From assembly GCA_045594005.1 (NCBI GenBank), contig JAZNXT010000078.1, positions 1 to 60,235 on the forward strand: a DNA stretch of 60,235 nt, given 5' to 3'. The DNA is from Victivallales bacterium (GTDB lineage: Bacteria > Verrucomicrobiota > Lentisphaeria > Victivallales > UBA1829). The notes under the pieces were generated by a model that did no database searches, had not been told where the DNA came from, and saw nothing but the letters and a program-made list of their open reading frames with translations. Of the stretch, positions 18,797 through 28,070 are shown in pieces (the first letter of the stretch is position 1; every line of letters starts with the position of its first letter). Position numbers and translations under genes: made by a program.

Positions 18797-19312
18797 ATGG
18801 GACAGAAAGCAAGAACTCTGGTTGGCGCAGACGTTGATCACATCATCACACTGCTGCGGAAAGCGTATGCCGATGAATGGCTGGCAATGATCCAATATGA
18901 AACAGCCGCTTTTCAGGCAAAAGGCATCATGCGTGCCGATGTGGTGCGCGATCTGAAGGAAAACGCCATGGAGGAATATGACCACGCCATGAAACTGGGT
19001 CGGCGGATCTGCGAACTGGGCGGAACCGTGCCGCTCACCCCGGAGGAAATGATCAAAGAATCCAACTGCGCTTACATCAAACCGGGTGAATCCTGTCTTG
19101 GCAGGATCATCGAACAGACCATCATCAGCGAACGGTGCGCCATCGGCGTTTATAAACAGCTGTTGAACGAAGTGCAGGGCAAAGACGAAATGACCATGAA
19201 ACTGATCGTGACCATTCTGGCGGAAGAACTGGAACACGAAGACGAATTCCAGAATTTCAAGGAAGATATGGATTCCCTTCTGGCAAAAATCCGGGACTGC
19301 AAAGAAAAATGA
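18797..19312 (+). CDS. Ferritin-like protein (DPS-like/DpsL type)
   Basis: AYADEWLA, EEYDHA, ISERCAI, EELEHE diiron motifs; AAGGAGG RBS. Confidence 0.85.
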   Translation: MGQKARTLVGADVDHIITLLRKAYADEWLAMIQYETAAFQAKGIMRADVVRDLKENAMEEYDHAMKLGRRICELGGTVPLTPEEMIKESNCAYIKPGESCLGRIIEQTIISERCAIGVYKQLLNEVQGKDEMTMKLIVTILAEELEHEDEFQNFKEDMDSLLAKIRDCKEK

Positions 19313-19337
19313 TCCTTGAAAATGTTTTCCTCTCACG

Positions 19338-19377
19338 GGCTGACGCCGGTACGGTTGTCAGCCTTCCTTGTTTTTTT
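19338..19377 (+). terminator. Intrinsic terminator
   Basis: GGCTGAC/GTCAGCC stem followed by a T-rich tract. Confidence 0.6.
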
Positions 19378-19521
19378 GAATGACTTTTGAAATCACCTCT
19401 TGAAATATGCAAGTATCGGTGCTACATTAGGAAACGACCGGAGAAGCCGGTGCGATCATTTCTTTTTGGATCTCATCTCTATTAGAATCTCAAATATTTT
19501 GATTTTTTTACAAACAGCAAC

Positions 19522-19549
19522 TTGACAATCTTTGATTCTGTGCTATATT
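19522..19549 (+). promoter_or_regulatory. Putative sigma70 promoter of the V-ATPase operon
   Basis: TTGACA-16 nt-TATATT with an extended TGn. Confidence 0.6.
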
Positions 19550-19608
19550 TCATTTTTGAAAGATATTATATTTTTTTAACATAGGACCATCAGCCAAAGG
19601 AGGCAATC

Positions 19609-20208
19609 ATGGCGGAAGATTTGCAGGGTCTGCTTGACCGGATCCAGAACGACGGACTTCAGAAAGCCGAAACCGAACGGGAAAAGATCATTGCGGATGC
19701 AAAAGCGCAGGCGGAAAAGATCGTGGCAGATGCGAACGCGCAGGCGGAAGCGATCATGAAGAAAGCGAAGGAAACTGCGGATGATGATATCAAACGCGGT
19801 GAGATCACCATCCGTCAGGCGGCGCGGGACATTATTATTGCGTTGAAAGGTGAACTTCTGGAACGCCTCCGCCGGATCGCGAAGGACAATGTGGCGGAAG
19901 CGATGACTCCGCAGCTGATGGCACAGCTGGTTGCCACGATGGCGGATGCGTATGCGAAAGAAAGCGCGGACGGCTTGGAATTGATCCTGTCCCGTCAGGA
20001 ATTGGAAGCATTGGAATACGGCTTGAAGGCGAGTCTGCGTGCGGATCTGGCGGCGAAAACGGAACTTTCTCTTGGCAATGATTTTTCTGCAGGGTTGAAG
20101 ATCGGTTTCAAGGACAGCGATGTATTTCTGGATTTCAGCGATGAAGCACTTGCAGATGTCATCTGCGAATTTGTCGGACCCAAGCTGGCAGCCGTCCTGA
20201 AAGGATAA
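19609..20208 (+). CDS. V/A-type ATP synthase subunit E
   Basis: LQGLLDRIQNDG, coiled-coil N-terminus, LDFSDEAL; heads the operon. Confidence 0.9.
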   Translation: MAEDLQGLLDRIQNDGLQKAETEREKIIADAKAQAEKIVADANAQAEAIMKKAKETADDDIKRGEITIRQAARDIIIALKGELLERLRRIAKDNVAEAMTPQLMAQLVATMADAYAKESADGLELILSRQELEALEYGLKASLRADLAAKTELSLGNDFSAGLKIGFKDSDVFLDFSDEALADVICEFVGPKLAAVLKG

Positions 20209-20242
20209 TCAATCATCAAAATCTGCTTTACGGTGAAGTAAG

Positions 20243-20812
20243 ATGGCATATTTTTCACAACTTTACTCTCTGATCTCATCGCTGCCTGCGTTGAAGATGA
20301 CAGAGGATCCGTCCATCAGTTCACAGGAATTTCTGGACAATGCCTCCACATTTATGACCGATGGTGAGCTGGCTGTTCTTTCCGCAGTTTCCATTCTGCC
20401 GCAGGAAGATAAAGTCTTCCCGGAAAATTCTTTTTCCGGAAAATATCAGGCATGGGAAAAAGCATTGCGCCACAGTATCCTGCGGCTTCGGACTGCGAAA
20501 CGCAAAGATCTTTCTTCCGTTTCCTCCGTGAACCGTGAAACGGTATTTGACTGCGATGCCGATGCGGCGGCGGTCCGAGCCTATTCTGCGGCAGATCCGC
20601 TGGAACGGGAACGGCTGCTGGATGCGGCACGCTGGGAAAAAGCCTCTGAACTGACTCTGCTGCATCAATTTGATCTGGATGTGCTTTGTGCTTATTATCT
20701 GCAGCTTCAGCTTGCGGAAAAATGGGCGCGCCGTGCTGCCGGAAATGCGGCAGTGAATCTGGATAAAGCGGCGGATCTTTCCAAAAAATCACAGACGATA
20801 ACAAAAGATTAA
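20243..20812 (+). CDS. DUF2764 family V-ATPase-associated subunit (C-like)
   Basis: YSLISSLPAL, WEKALR, FDLDVLCAYYLQLQL; lies between E and A as in Chlamydia/Bacteroidetes/spirochaete operons. Confidence 0.8.
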   Translation: MAYFSQLYSLISSLPALKMTEDPSISSQEFLDNASTFMTDGELAVLSAVSILPQEDKVFPENSFSGKYQAWEKALRHSILRLRTAKRKDLSSVSSVNRETVFDCDADAAAVRAYSAADPLERERLLDAARWEKASELTLLHQFDLDVLCAYYLQLQLAEKWARRAAGNAAVNLDKAADLSKKSQTITKD

Positions 20813-20839
20813 CATATTAACCCCGGGAGTATTTCTGCA

Positions 20840-22576
20840 ATGATCGACAGTAATCAGGGACGCATTACCGGCGTCAACGGGAACCTTGTGACGGTGGAAT
20901 TTGATACCTATGTCACTCAGAACGAAGTCGCCTACGCAATGATCGGCGACAAACAACTGAAAGCGGAAGTCATCCGTGTCCGCGGACGCCGTGCCGACCT
21001 TCAGGTTTTTGAAAGCACCGTCGGTTTGAAGGTGGGCGATCCCATCCAATTCACCGACGACCTCTTGAGCGTGACCCTCGGACCCGGTCTTTTGAAACAG
21101 GTCTATGACGGACTTCAGAACCCTTTGAACAAACTTGCCGAAAAATCCGGCTTCTTTCTGGAACGCGGCATCTATCTGGACGCGCTGGACTATGATTCCC
21201 GGTGGGCGTTCACGCCCACTGCAGCAGTGGGCGATAAACTCCGTGCCGGGGATTCCATCGGCTGGGTCCCGGAAGGGATCTTCCAGCATCAGATCATGCT
21301 GCCCTTCGCGTTCCGCGGCGTCTGGACCCTTTCCTGGGTGGCGGATGCCGGAACATACGACCTGCGTACTGTGATCGCAAAAGCAGTCAATGAAAAAGGC
21401 GAAGAAAAAGAGATCACCATGACTCAGAAATGGCCGGTGAAGATCGCCATCGACTGCTACCGGGAAAAACTTCTTCCCGTGAAACCGCTTATCACCCAGC
21501 AGCGTATCATCGATACATTCTTCCCTGTGGCACAGGGCGGCACATTCTGTACGCCGGGTCCCTTCGGTGCGGGCAAAACCGTGCTTCAGCACTCTTTGAG
21601 TAAACATGCGGAAGCCGATATCGTGATCGTTGCCGCCTGCGGTGAACGCGCCGGTGAAGTGGTGGAGATCCTCCGGGAGTTCCCGGAACTGGAAGACCCC
21701 CGTACCGGCAGAACGCTCATCGACCGTTCCATCATCATCTGCAACACTTCCTCCATGCCGGTCGCCGCCCGTGAAGCCTCTGTCTATACGGCAGTGACGC
21801 TGGCGGAATATTACCGGCAGATGGGCTTGAATGTGCTGATGCTGGCAGACTCCACATCCCGCTGGGCACAGGCATTGCGCGAAATGTCCGGCCGTCTGGA
21901 AGAGATCCCCGGCGAAGAAGCCTTCCCTGCTTATCTGGAATCCCGTATTGCCGGATTCTACGAACGCGCGGGTCTTGTGAAACTGAACAACGGCAAACAG
22001 GGATCTGTAACGATTTGCGGTGCCGTTTCCCCTGCGGGCGGCAACTTTGAAGAACCGGTGACCCAGGCAACATTGAAAGTGGTGGGAGCGTTTCTCGGAC
22101 TTTCCCGTGACCGCTCCTCTGCACGCCGTTTTCCCTCCATTCACCCGCTGGACAGCTGGAGCCACTACACCAGTATCGTGGACGGTGCGCAGGTGGATTT
22201 TGCCCGTGGCATCCTCCGTCGCGGACAGGAAGTCAACCAGATGATGAAAGTGGTTGGCGAAGAAGGAACAAATACGGACGACTTTGTGATCTATCTCAAG
22301 AGTGAATTTCTGGATTTTGTGTATTTGCAGCAGAATACTTTTGATGAAGTGGACGGAGCCTGCAGCGCGGAACGCCAGCAGTATTGCTTCAGCAAAGTCT
22401 GCGAAGTTTTGAATACGCAATTCCGTTTTGACGAAAAAGATGCCGCCCGCCGGTATTTTCAGGAATTGCAGCTGATCTTCACCGACTGGAACTATATGCC
22501 GTTCCAGTCCGATAAATTCAAACAACAGGAAGCGGTGATCGCCGCGAAACTTCAGGAGAATGTGTGCCATGCGTAA
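20840..22576 (+). CDS. ntpA: V/A-type ATP synthase subunit A
   Basis: PGPFGAGKT Walker [21 protein letters not shown]. Confidence 0.97.
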   Translation: MIDSNQGRITGVNGNLVTVEFDTYVTQNEVAYAMIGDKQLKAEVIRVRGRRADLQVFESTVGLKVGDPIQFTDDLLSVTLGPGLLKQVYDGLQNPLNKLAEKSGFFLERGIYLDALDYDSRWAFTPTAAVGDKLRAGDSIGWVPEGIFQHQIMLPFAFRGVWTLSWVADAGTYDLRTVIAKAVNEKGEEKEITMTQKWPVKIAIDCYREKLLPVKPLITQQRIIDTFFPVAQGGTFCTPGPFGAGKTVLQHSLSKHAEADIVIVAACGERAGEVVEILREFPELEDPRTGRTLIDRSIIICNTSSMPVAAREASVYTAVTLAEYYRQMGLNVLMLADSTSRWAQALREMSGRLEEIPGEEAFPAYLESRIAGFYERAGLVKLNNGKQGSVTICGAVSPAGGNFEEPVTQATLKVVGAFLGLSRDRSSARRFPSIHPLDSWSHYTSIVDGAQVDFARGILRRGQEVNQMMKVVGEEGTNTDDFVIYLKSEFLDFVYLQQNTFDEVDGACSAERQQYCFSKVCEVLNTQFRFDEKDAARRYFQELQLIFTDWNYMPFQSDKFKQQEAVIAAKLQENVCHA

Positions 22577-23867
22577 GATCTATCACAGAATCATCCAGAT
22601 CGCGGGTAACGTGATCACGGTGGAAGCCGACAATGTGGCATACAACGATCTGGCGGAAGTGACCACATCCCGCGGAACATCTCTTGCGCAGGTGATCCGT
22701 CTTCAGGACGGCAAAGTTTCTCTTCAGGTGTTTGCCGGTTCCCGCGGTATCAGCACGGGCGATGAAGTGCGTTTTCTCGGTCACCCGATGATGGTCTCCA
22801 GTTCGGAAGACCTTATGGGCAGAATTTTTACCGGTGCAGGCAAAGCGCGTGACGGCAGACCCGATATTGAAGATCAGATGATCGAGATCGGCGGACCTTC
22901 CGTGAATCCTGCGAAGCGTATCATCCCCCGGAAAATGATCCGTACGGGGATCCCTATGATCGACCTTTTCAATACGCTGGTGGAATCGCAGAAACTGCCT
23001 ATTTTCTCCTCGGCAGGTGAACCGTACAACCAGCTGCTGGCACGGATCGCCATGCAGGCTGAAGTGGATGTGATCATCCTCGGCGGTATGGGAATGAAAT
23101 ACGACGATTATCTCTTCTTCCGCAATACGCTGGACGAACACGGTGCGCTCTCCCGCTCCGTGATGTTTGTCCACACCGCAGCCGACCCCATTGTGGAATG
23201 TCTGCTGGTGCCGGATATGTGCCTTGCTGTGGCGGAAGCATACGCATTGCGCAACAAACGCGTGCTGGTGCTGCTCACCGATATGACCAACTTTGCCGAC
23301 GCTATGAAAGAGATCGCCATCACCATGGAGCAGATCCCTTCCAACCGCGGTTATCCCGGAGACCTTTACAGTCAGCTGGCTTCCCGTTACGAAAAAGCAG
23401 TGGACTTCGACGGTGCCGGTTCCATTACCGTCCTTGCCGTCACCACCATGCCCGGTGACGATGTGACTCACCCGATCCCGGACAATACCGGTTACATCAC
23501 GGAAGGTCAGTTCTATCTGAGCAAAGGCAGGATCGAACCTTTCGGTTCACTCAGCCGTCTGAAACAGAATGTGAACGGCAAGACCCGTGAAGACCACCGT
23601 ACCATCATGGATACCATGATCCGTTTCTATTCCAACTACAAGGAAACGCTGGAAAAACAGTCTATGGGTTTCCAGATGAGCAACTGGGATAAAAAACTGT
23701 TGAAATTCGGCGGCAGATTTGAACGGGAAATGATGGATCTTTCCGTCAATATCCAGCTGGAAGAAGCACTTGATCTGGGTTGGAAGATCCTTGCCGACTG
23801 TTTCGACAGAATGGAAACCGGTATCAAAACGGAATTGATCGAAAAATTCTGGCCGGGCACGAAGTGA
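22569..23867 (+). CDS. ntpB: V/A-type ATP synthase subunit B
   Basis: [34 protein letters not shown]. Confidence 0.97.
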   Translation: MRKIYHRIIQIAGNVITVEADNVAYNDLAEVTTSRGTSLAQVIRLQDGKVSLQVFAGSRGISTGDEVRFLGHPMMVSSSEDLMGRIFTGAGKARDGRPDIEDQMIEIGGPSVNPAKRIIPRKMIRTGIPMIDLFNTLVESQKLPIFSSAGEPYNQLLARIAMQAEVDVIILGGMGMKYDDYLFFRNTLDEHGALSRSVMFVHTAADPIVECLLVPDMCLAVAEAYALRNKRVLVLLTDMTNFADAMKEIAITMEQIPSNRGYPGDLYSQLASRYEKAVDFDGAGSITVLAVTTMPGDDVTHPIPDNTGYITEGQFYLSKGRIEPFGSLSRLKQNVNGKTREDHRTIMDTMIRFYSNYKETLEKQSMGFQMSNWDKKLLKFGGRFEREMMDLSVNIQLEEALDLGWKILADCFDRMETGIKTELIEKFWPGTK

Positions 23868-23881
23868 AAGGCTGCTGAATC

Positions 23882-24496
23882 ATGGCAAAAGTGAAACTGA
23901 CAAAAACCGCGTTGAAGCAGGAACGGGATGCGTTAAAGCAATTTGAACGCTTCCTGCCCACGCTGCAGCTGAAAAAACAGCAGCTGCAGATGGAAATGCG
24001 GCATTGTCTGGATCAGATCGAACAGAATGAAGCACGGGAGGAGGCATCCAAAAACGCATTGCGCGCATGGGTAAGCCTTTTCGGTGATGATACGGCACCT
24101 CAACGGGTCGCGGACCGCATACGCGTGAAAGCCATCCGGACCGAGTCTGCCAACATCGCCGGAGTCGCCGTGCCGAAATTTCACGGTGTGGATTTTGAAG
24201 ATATCCCCTGTGATCTTTTTCTGGAAGAACCCTGGCTGGATGATGCCGTGGATGCCGTCAAGCAGATCCTGGAGATCCGGGAGGAACGGGAGATCATCCG
24301 GGAACAGTACCGGTTGATCGGACAGGAACTGCGGACCACGACACAGCGCGTCAATCTGTTTGAAAAAGTCAAGATCCCGGAAACAAAAGAAAATATCCGG
24401 ATCATCCAGATCGCCATCGGAGATGCACAGACAAGTGCTGTGGTCCGCTCCAAGATCGCAAAGAAGAAATTGCAGGGAGAGGAGGGTGCCGCATGA
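23882..24496 (+). CDS. ntpD: V/A-type ATP synthase subunit D
   Basis: LPTLQLKKQQL, ELRTTTQRVNLFEKVKIP. Confidence 0.95.
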   Translation: MAKVKLTKTALKQERDALKQFERFLPTLQLKKQQLQMEMRHCLDQIEQNEAREEASKNALRAWVSLFGDDTAPQRVADRIRVKAIRTESANIAGVAVPKFHGVDFEDIPCDLFLEEPWLDDAVDAVKQILEIREEREIIREQYRLIGQELRTTTQRVNLFEKVKIPETKENIRIIQIAIGDAQTSAVVRSKIAKKKLQGEEGAA

Positions 24497-26367
24497 TCGT
24501 TAAAATGAAACAGGTGACTCTGCTCTGTCTGGAACAGGATAAGACTGCCGTTTTGGAAAAACTCCGGGATTTGGGTGTGATGCAGTTGCGTCATGCAAAA
24601 ACACCTGATTCCAAAGATGTGGCGGCTCTCTCCGGAAAACTTTCCGCCGCACAGCGCGCGCTGCTGTTCCTGTCCACGGAAGAAGGAAAAGCCCGGGGTT
24701 TCTGCAGTCTTTCCGGCAGAGAAGCCGCACAGCGTGTTCTGGATCTTGTGGCGGAACGGGAAGAACTCCTGAAAGAAAAAGATTCCCTTCAGCGCGACCG
24801 GGAAGCATTGCTGCCGTGGGGCGAATTTGATCCTGCATCTCTTTCCGCATTGCGGGAAAAAGCTCTTTATCCCTATCTCTGCATCACAGGAAAAAACGGA
24901 ATGGAAGCCGCTCTGCTGCCGGAAGATGCCGTTGTGGAGGAGATCTCCCGGACAAAAAACAACCGCTATGTGCTGGTGGTGGCGCGGCAGGAATTGGATG
25001 GCGATGCCATCGGTGCTGTGACGCTGCCGGATAATACGCTCTCTGCTGTTGATACGGAACTGCAAGTCATTTCCGACCGGCAGAACGCGATCTCTGCGGA
25101 AATGCTGACCCTCAAAACTCTGCTTCCGCAGGTGCAGGAATATGCACAGAGCGTGGATGGTTCTCTGGAATTCATTTCCGCGCGGGACGGCATGGATCTT
25201 GCAGACAACGGAAAGATCGCGTGGATCTTCGGTTATGTTCCCGTGACCGGAGTGGAAGCATTGGAAGCCATGGCGAAAGAAGCCGGAGCGGGACTGATGA
25301 TCGATGATCCCGATCCGGACGACGAAATGGTGCCGACCTACATCGTAAAATCCAAATATCTGGATATCATGGACCCGCTGTTTGATTTCATCGGTGTCAC
25401 GCCCGGATACCGTGAAAACGATGTGAATGTGTTTTTCCTGATCTTCTTCCCTCTCTTTTTCGGGATAATCATCGGGGATGCGGGATACGGCGCACTGTTC
25501 ATTGCAGTCACTTTGATCTGCAAACGCAAATTTGCGGGAAAAGAAGCTGCACGGCTGCCGCTGAATTTGTTTATGCTTCTCAGTATTGTCACATTCATCT
25601 GGGGATGGCTGAACGGTTCGTGGTTCGGGATCCCGGCTGATAAACTGCCTGCGGTCCTGCGCGGTCTGCCCTTCCTTGCCGATCCGGAAAACAGTCCGGC
25701 GGCACACCGTTTTGCGGAACTTGTGGGGATCGGTGACAATATGGGAGATTTCAAAAACAAATTCATCCAGTTTCTGTGTTTTGCCATTGCGGCGGTCCAT
25801 CTGCCGGGTGCGCGGATCTTCCGTTTCTTTACAGATCTGCGGCAGACATGGCGTTGTATCGGACATCTGGGATGGGCGATGGTATTGTTTGCCAATGCCA
25901 TTCTTGCGGTGGTGCTGATCGTTTATACGGATCTGTTCACACTGTATCCCGTGCTGAAAACGGCGATGACCGCATTGTATATTGCCGGTGTGGTGCTGAT
26001 CGTGGTATCCATTACGGCAGACGCGGTCATGACGCTGGCATCCAACCTCATCGGCAGTTTCGTGGATGTGTTGTCCTATATCCGGCTTTTTGCCGTGGCT
26101 CTCGCCGGAGCGTTGATCTCACAGAAATTTGATGAAATGGGCGCAAATCTCATGGGGAGTCTGCCGGATGCCCTTCAGATCGCAGGAGCAGTTCTGCTGA
26201 TCCTGGTGGCGGCATTCGGAAATATCCTGAATATCGGATTGGGTTTCCTCAGCGTGCTGGTCCACGCTGTGCGTCTGAATACATTGGAATTTTCCAATCA
26301 TGTGGAAATGCAGTGGGCGGGCTTCAAGTTCCGTCCGTTCAAGAAAAACAACAAAAAAGATTCTTAA
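24493..26367 (+). CDS. ntpI: V/A-type ATP synthase subunit I (a)
   Basis: PGYRE.D, FFGIIIGDAGYG, DVLSYIRLFAV, HAVRLNTLEF. Confidence 0.95.
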   Translation: MIVKMKQVTLLCLEQDKTAVLEKLRDLGVMQLRHAKTPDSKDVAALSGKLSAAQRALLFLSTEEGKARGFCSLSGREAAQRVLDLVAEREELLKEKDSLQRDREALLPWGEFDPASLSALREKALYPYLCITGKNGMEAALLPEDAVVEEISRTKNNRYVLVVARQELDGDAIGAVTLPDNTLSAVDTELQVISDRQNAISAEMLTLKTLLPQVQEYAQSVDGSLEFISARDGMDLADNGKIAWIFGYVPVTGVEALEAMAKEAGAGLMIDDPDPDDEMVPTYIVKSKYLDIMDPLFDFIGVTPGYRENDVNVFFLIFFPLFFGIIIGDAGYGALFIAVTLICKRKFAGKEAARLPLNLFMLLSIVTFIWGWLNGSWFGIPADKLPAVLRGLPFLADPENSPAAHRFAELVGIGDNMGDFKNKFIQFLCFAIAAVHLPGARIFRFFTDLRQTWRCIGHLGWAMVLFANAILAVVLIVYTDLFTLYPVLKTAMTALYIAGVVLIVVSITADAVMTLASNLIGSFVDVLSYIRLFAVALAGALISQKFDEMGANLMGSLPDALQIAGAVLLILVAAFGNILNIGLGFLSVLVHAVRLNTLEFSNHVEMQWAGFKFRPFKKNNKKDS

Positions 26368-26395
26368 AAATAACAACCTATAAGGAGAAAAGAAA

Positions 26396-26893
26396 ATGAG
26401 TCTGACACTTACCCTTGCAGACGCTGCACCCGCCCTTCAGTCGTTGATCTTTACCGCCGCTTTTGCGTCCATCGGCATTGCCGCCCTCGGTTCCGCATAC
26501 GGTTGCGGTGTTGCCGGTTGCGCCGCCGTCGGTGCCTGGAAAAAATGCTACGCGCAGAATCGCCCCGCTCCCTTCCAGCTGCTGATTTTCGCCGGTGCCC
26601 CCCTTTCTCAGACGATCTACGGCATGATCATCATGTTCATTATCAATGGTATGGCTGCCGCCGCTCCGGAAGGATCCGCCGTGCTGTTCCTGACCGTGGG
26701 TATCCTTTCCGGTATCGCAATGGGATTTTCCGCAGTCTGGCAGGGTCGTGCCGCCGCTGCCGCCGCCGACGCATTCGGTGACACCGGTAAAGGCTTTACC
26801 AACCAGCTGATGGTTCTCGGTATCGTGGAAACTGTCGCGATCTTCGTGATGGCTTTCTCCATCGTGCTGCTTTCCGGTTTCAAACCCGCTTGA
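26396..26893 (+). CDS. ntpK: V/A-type ATP synthase subunit K (c, proteolipid)
   Basis: Four TM helices; APLSQTIYG, SAVWQG, GIVETVAIF. Confidence 0.95.
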   Translation: MSLTLTLADAAPALQSLIFTAAFASIGIAALGSAYGCGVAGCAAVGAWKKCYAQNRPAPFQLLIFAGAPLSQTIYGMIIMFIINGMAAAAPEGSAVLFLTVGILSGIAMGFSAVWQGRAAAAAADAFGDTGKGFTNQLMVLGIVETVAIFVMAFSIVLLSGFKPA

Positions 26894-26915
26894 TGTGATG
26901 ACAGAAGGGGGATTT

Positions 26916-27017
26916 TACGGGGAAAAACTTTTTTGAAAAAAGTTTTTCCCCGTACCCCTTTTCAAAAAACTTTTATTCGCGAAAGCGCATCTGCCGAAAA
27001 CGGCAGATGCGCTTTCG
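26916..27017. repeat. Two perfect palindromes (19-bp and 17-bp arms)
   Basis: TACGGGGAAAAACTTTTTT-g-AAAAAAGTTTTTCCCCGTA (26916-26954); CGAAAGCGCATCTGCCG-aaaa-CGGCAGATGCGCTTTCG (26980-27017). Confidence 0.9.
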
Positions 27018-27159
27018 GCTTGTTAAAATTGTTTTTTGGTGGGTGCAAAGCACCCTCTTCTTGGGCTTTTCAGCTTCGCTGCGCTCGCTTGGGTGCAAAG
27101 CACCTTTTTTGGATCGGGCGGCTCAGTTTCGCTGCGCTCACTTAAAGCCTGGGTGCTAT

Positions 27160-27363
27160 GCGCTCTGTAGGAGCGCGGGATTTTAGCCTGTGGGCTTGCC
27201 CACAGGTTATGGATTTACGCTCAATTTTGCGCTCTGTAGGAGCGCGGGAACCGTTAGACAATTACAATGCTTCCCGCACGCCTACAGCGTGCATATAGTG
27301 TGATATATACCTTGAACCTATGGGCAAGCCCATAGGCTATGATCCTGCACGCCTTCAGCGTGC
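27160..27363. repeat. Mirror-symmetric REPIN/BIME-like element built from six hairpins
   Basis: GCGCTC-tgtag-GAGCGC x2, CCTGTGGGC-tt-GCCCACAGG, and inverted counterparts GCACGC-ctaca/cttca-GCGTGC x2, CCTATGGGC-aa-GCCCATAGG. Confidence 0.8.
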
Positions 27364-27389
27364 TTATCTCCCCATAAAGGGAACAGAGC

Positions 27390-27499
27390 TTTGAAAAAAG
27401 TTTTTCCCCGCACCCCTTTTCAAAAACTTTTATCCGCAAACGCCCCCCCCTGCGATAAATCGCAAAAGGGCGTTTGACTTTTTTTGGGTCGGGCGGCTC
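27390..27499 (+). repeat. Second copy of the ~45-bp direct repeat plus hairpin and shared 20-mer
   Basis: TTTGAAAAAAGTTTTTCCCCGyACCCCTTTTCAAAAA(A)CTTTTAT at 26932-26976 and 27390-27433; TTTTTTGGrTCGGGCGGCTC at 27105-27124 and 27480-27499. Confidence 0.85.
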
Positions 27500-27533
27500 C
27501 CGCTAACGCGTGCCAGCACGGAAGTTTCGCGCA

Positions 27534-28070
27534 TCAATCTTTCTTGCAGCGCACTGCCCTGAAAAAATCCTTCATGATCCTGCCGCATTCATCCGCAAGA
27601 ACGCCTTTTCTGACTTCCACCTGATGAAGCATTCCGGGGAAACCGGTCACATCCAACGCACCGCCGGCGGCACCGCTCCGGGGATCGGAAAGTCCGAAAA
27701 TCACCCGCCGGACACGGGAATTGACCATGGCTCCGGCGCACATGGCACAGGGTTCTTTGGTCACATAGATATCCACATCGTCCAGCCGCCAATCGTTGAT
27801 GACGGAGGAAAGAGAGCTGATGAGGAGGACTTCGGCGTGAGCGGTGGCATCTTTGAGGAGTTCCACCTGATTCCAGGCTTTGGCAATGATCTCGCCATCT
27901 TTCACTGCCACGGCACCCACGGGGACTTCTCCGGCGGCGGCAGCAGTTTCCGCACAACGGAGCGCGGCACGCATAAAATGTTCATCATCAAAAAGAACGA
28001 TCTTTTCATCTTCGATATATTTATTGAGATCCAATCCAAGATCCACACGCAGATCCATATCGCTTTTCAT
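27534..28070 (-). CDS. tadA: tRNA-specific adenosine deaminase
   Basis: GEVPVGAV, DATAHAE, WRL, VTKEPCAMCAGA, FF near the C-terminus. Confidence 0.92.
   Translation of the reverse strand: MKSDMDLRVDLGLDLNKYIEDEKIVLFDDEHFMRAALRCAETAAAAGEVPVGAVAVKDGEIIAKAWNQVELLKDATAHAEVLLISSLSSVINDWRLDDVDIYVTKEPCAMCAGAMVNSRVRRVIFGLSDPRSGAAGGALDVTGFPGMLHQVEVRKGVLADECGRIMKDFFRAVRCKKD

Noticed and set aside
19380..19470. Na+ riboswitch or other leader upstream of the V-ATPase
   Set aside because: Only a short ACCGG/CCGGT hairpin is visible, I cannot match a riboswitch consensus, and the best promoter lies downstream of it. An Rfam scan would settle it.
26916..27499. Possible CRISPR array
   Set aside because: Repeats are of several types, partly inverted and irregularly spaced; there is no repeat-spacer periodicity and no cas gene.
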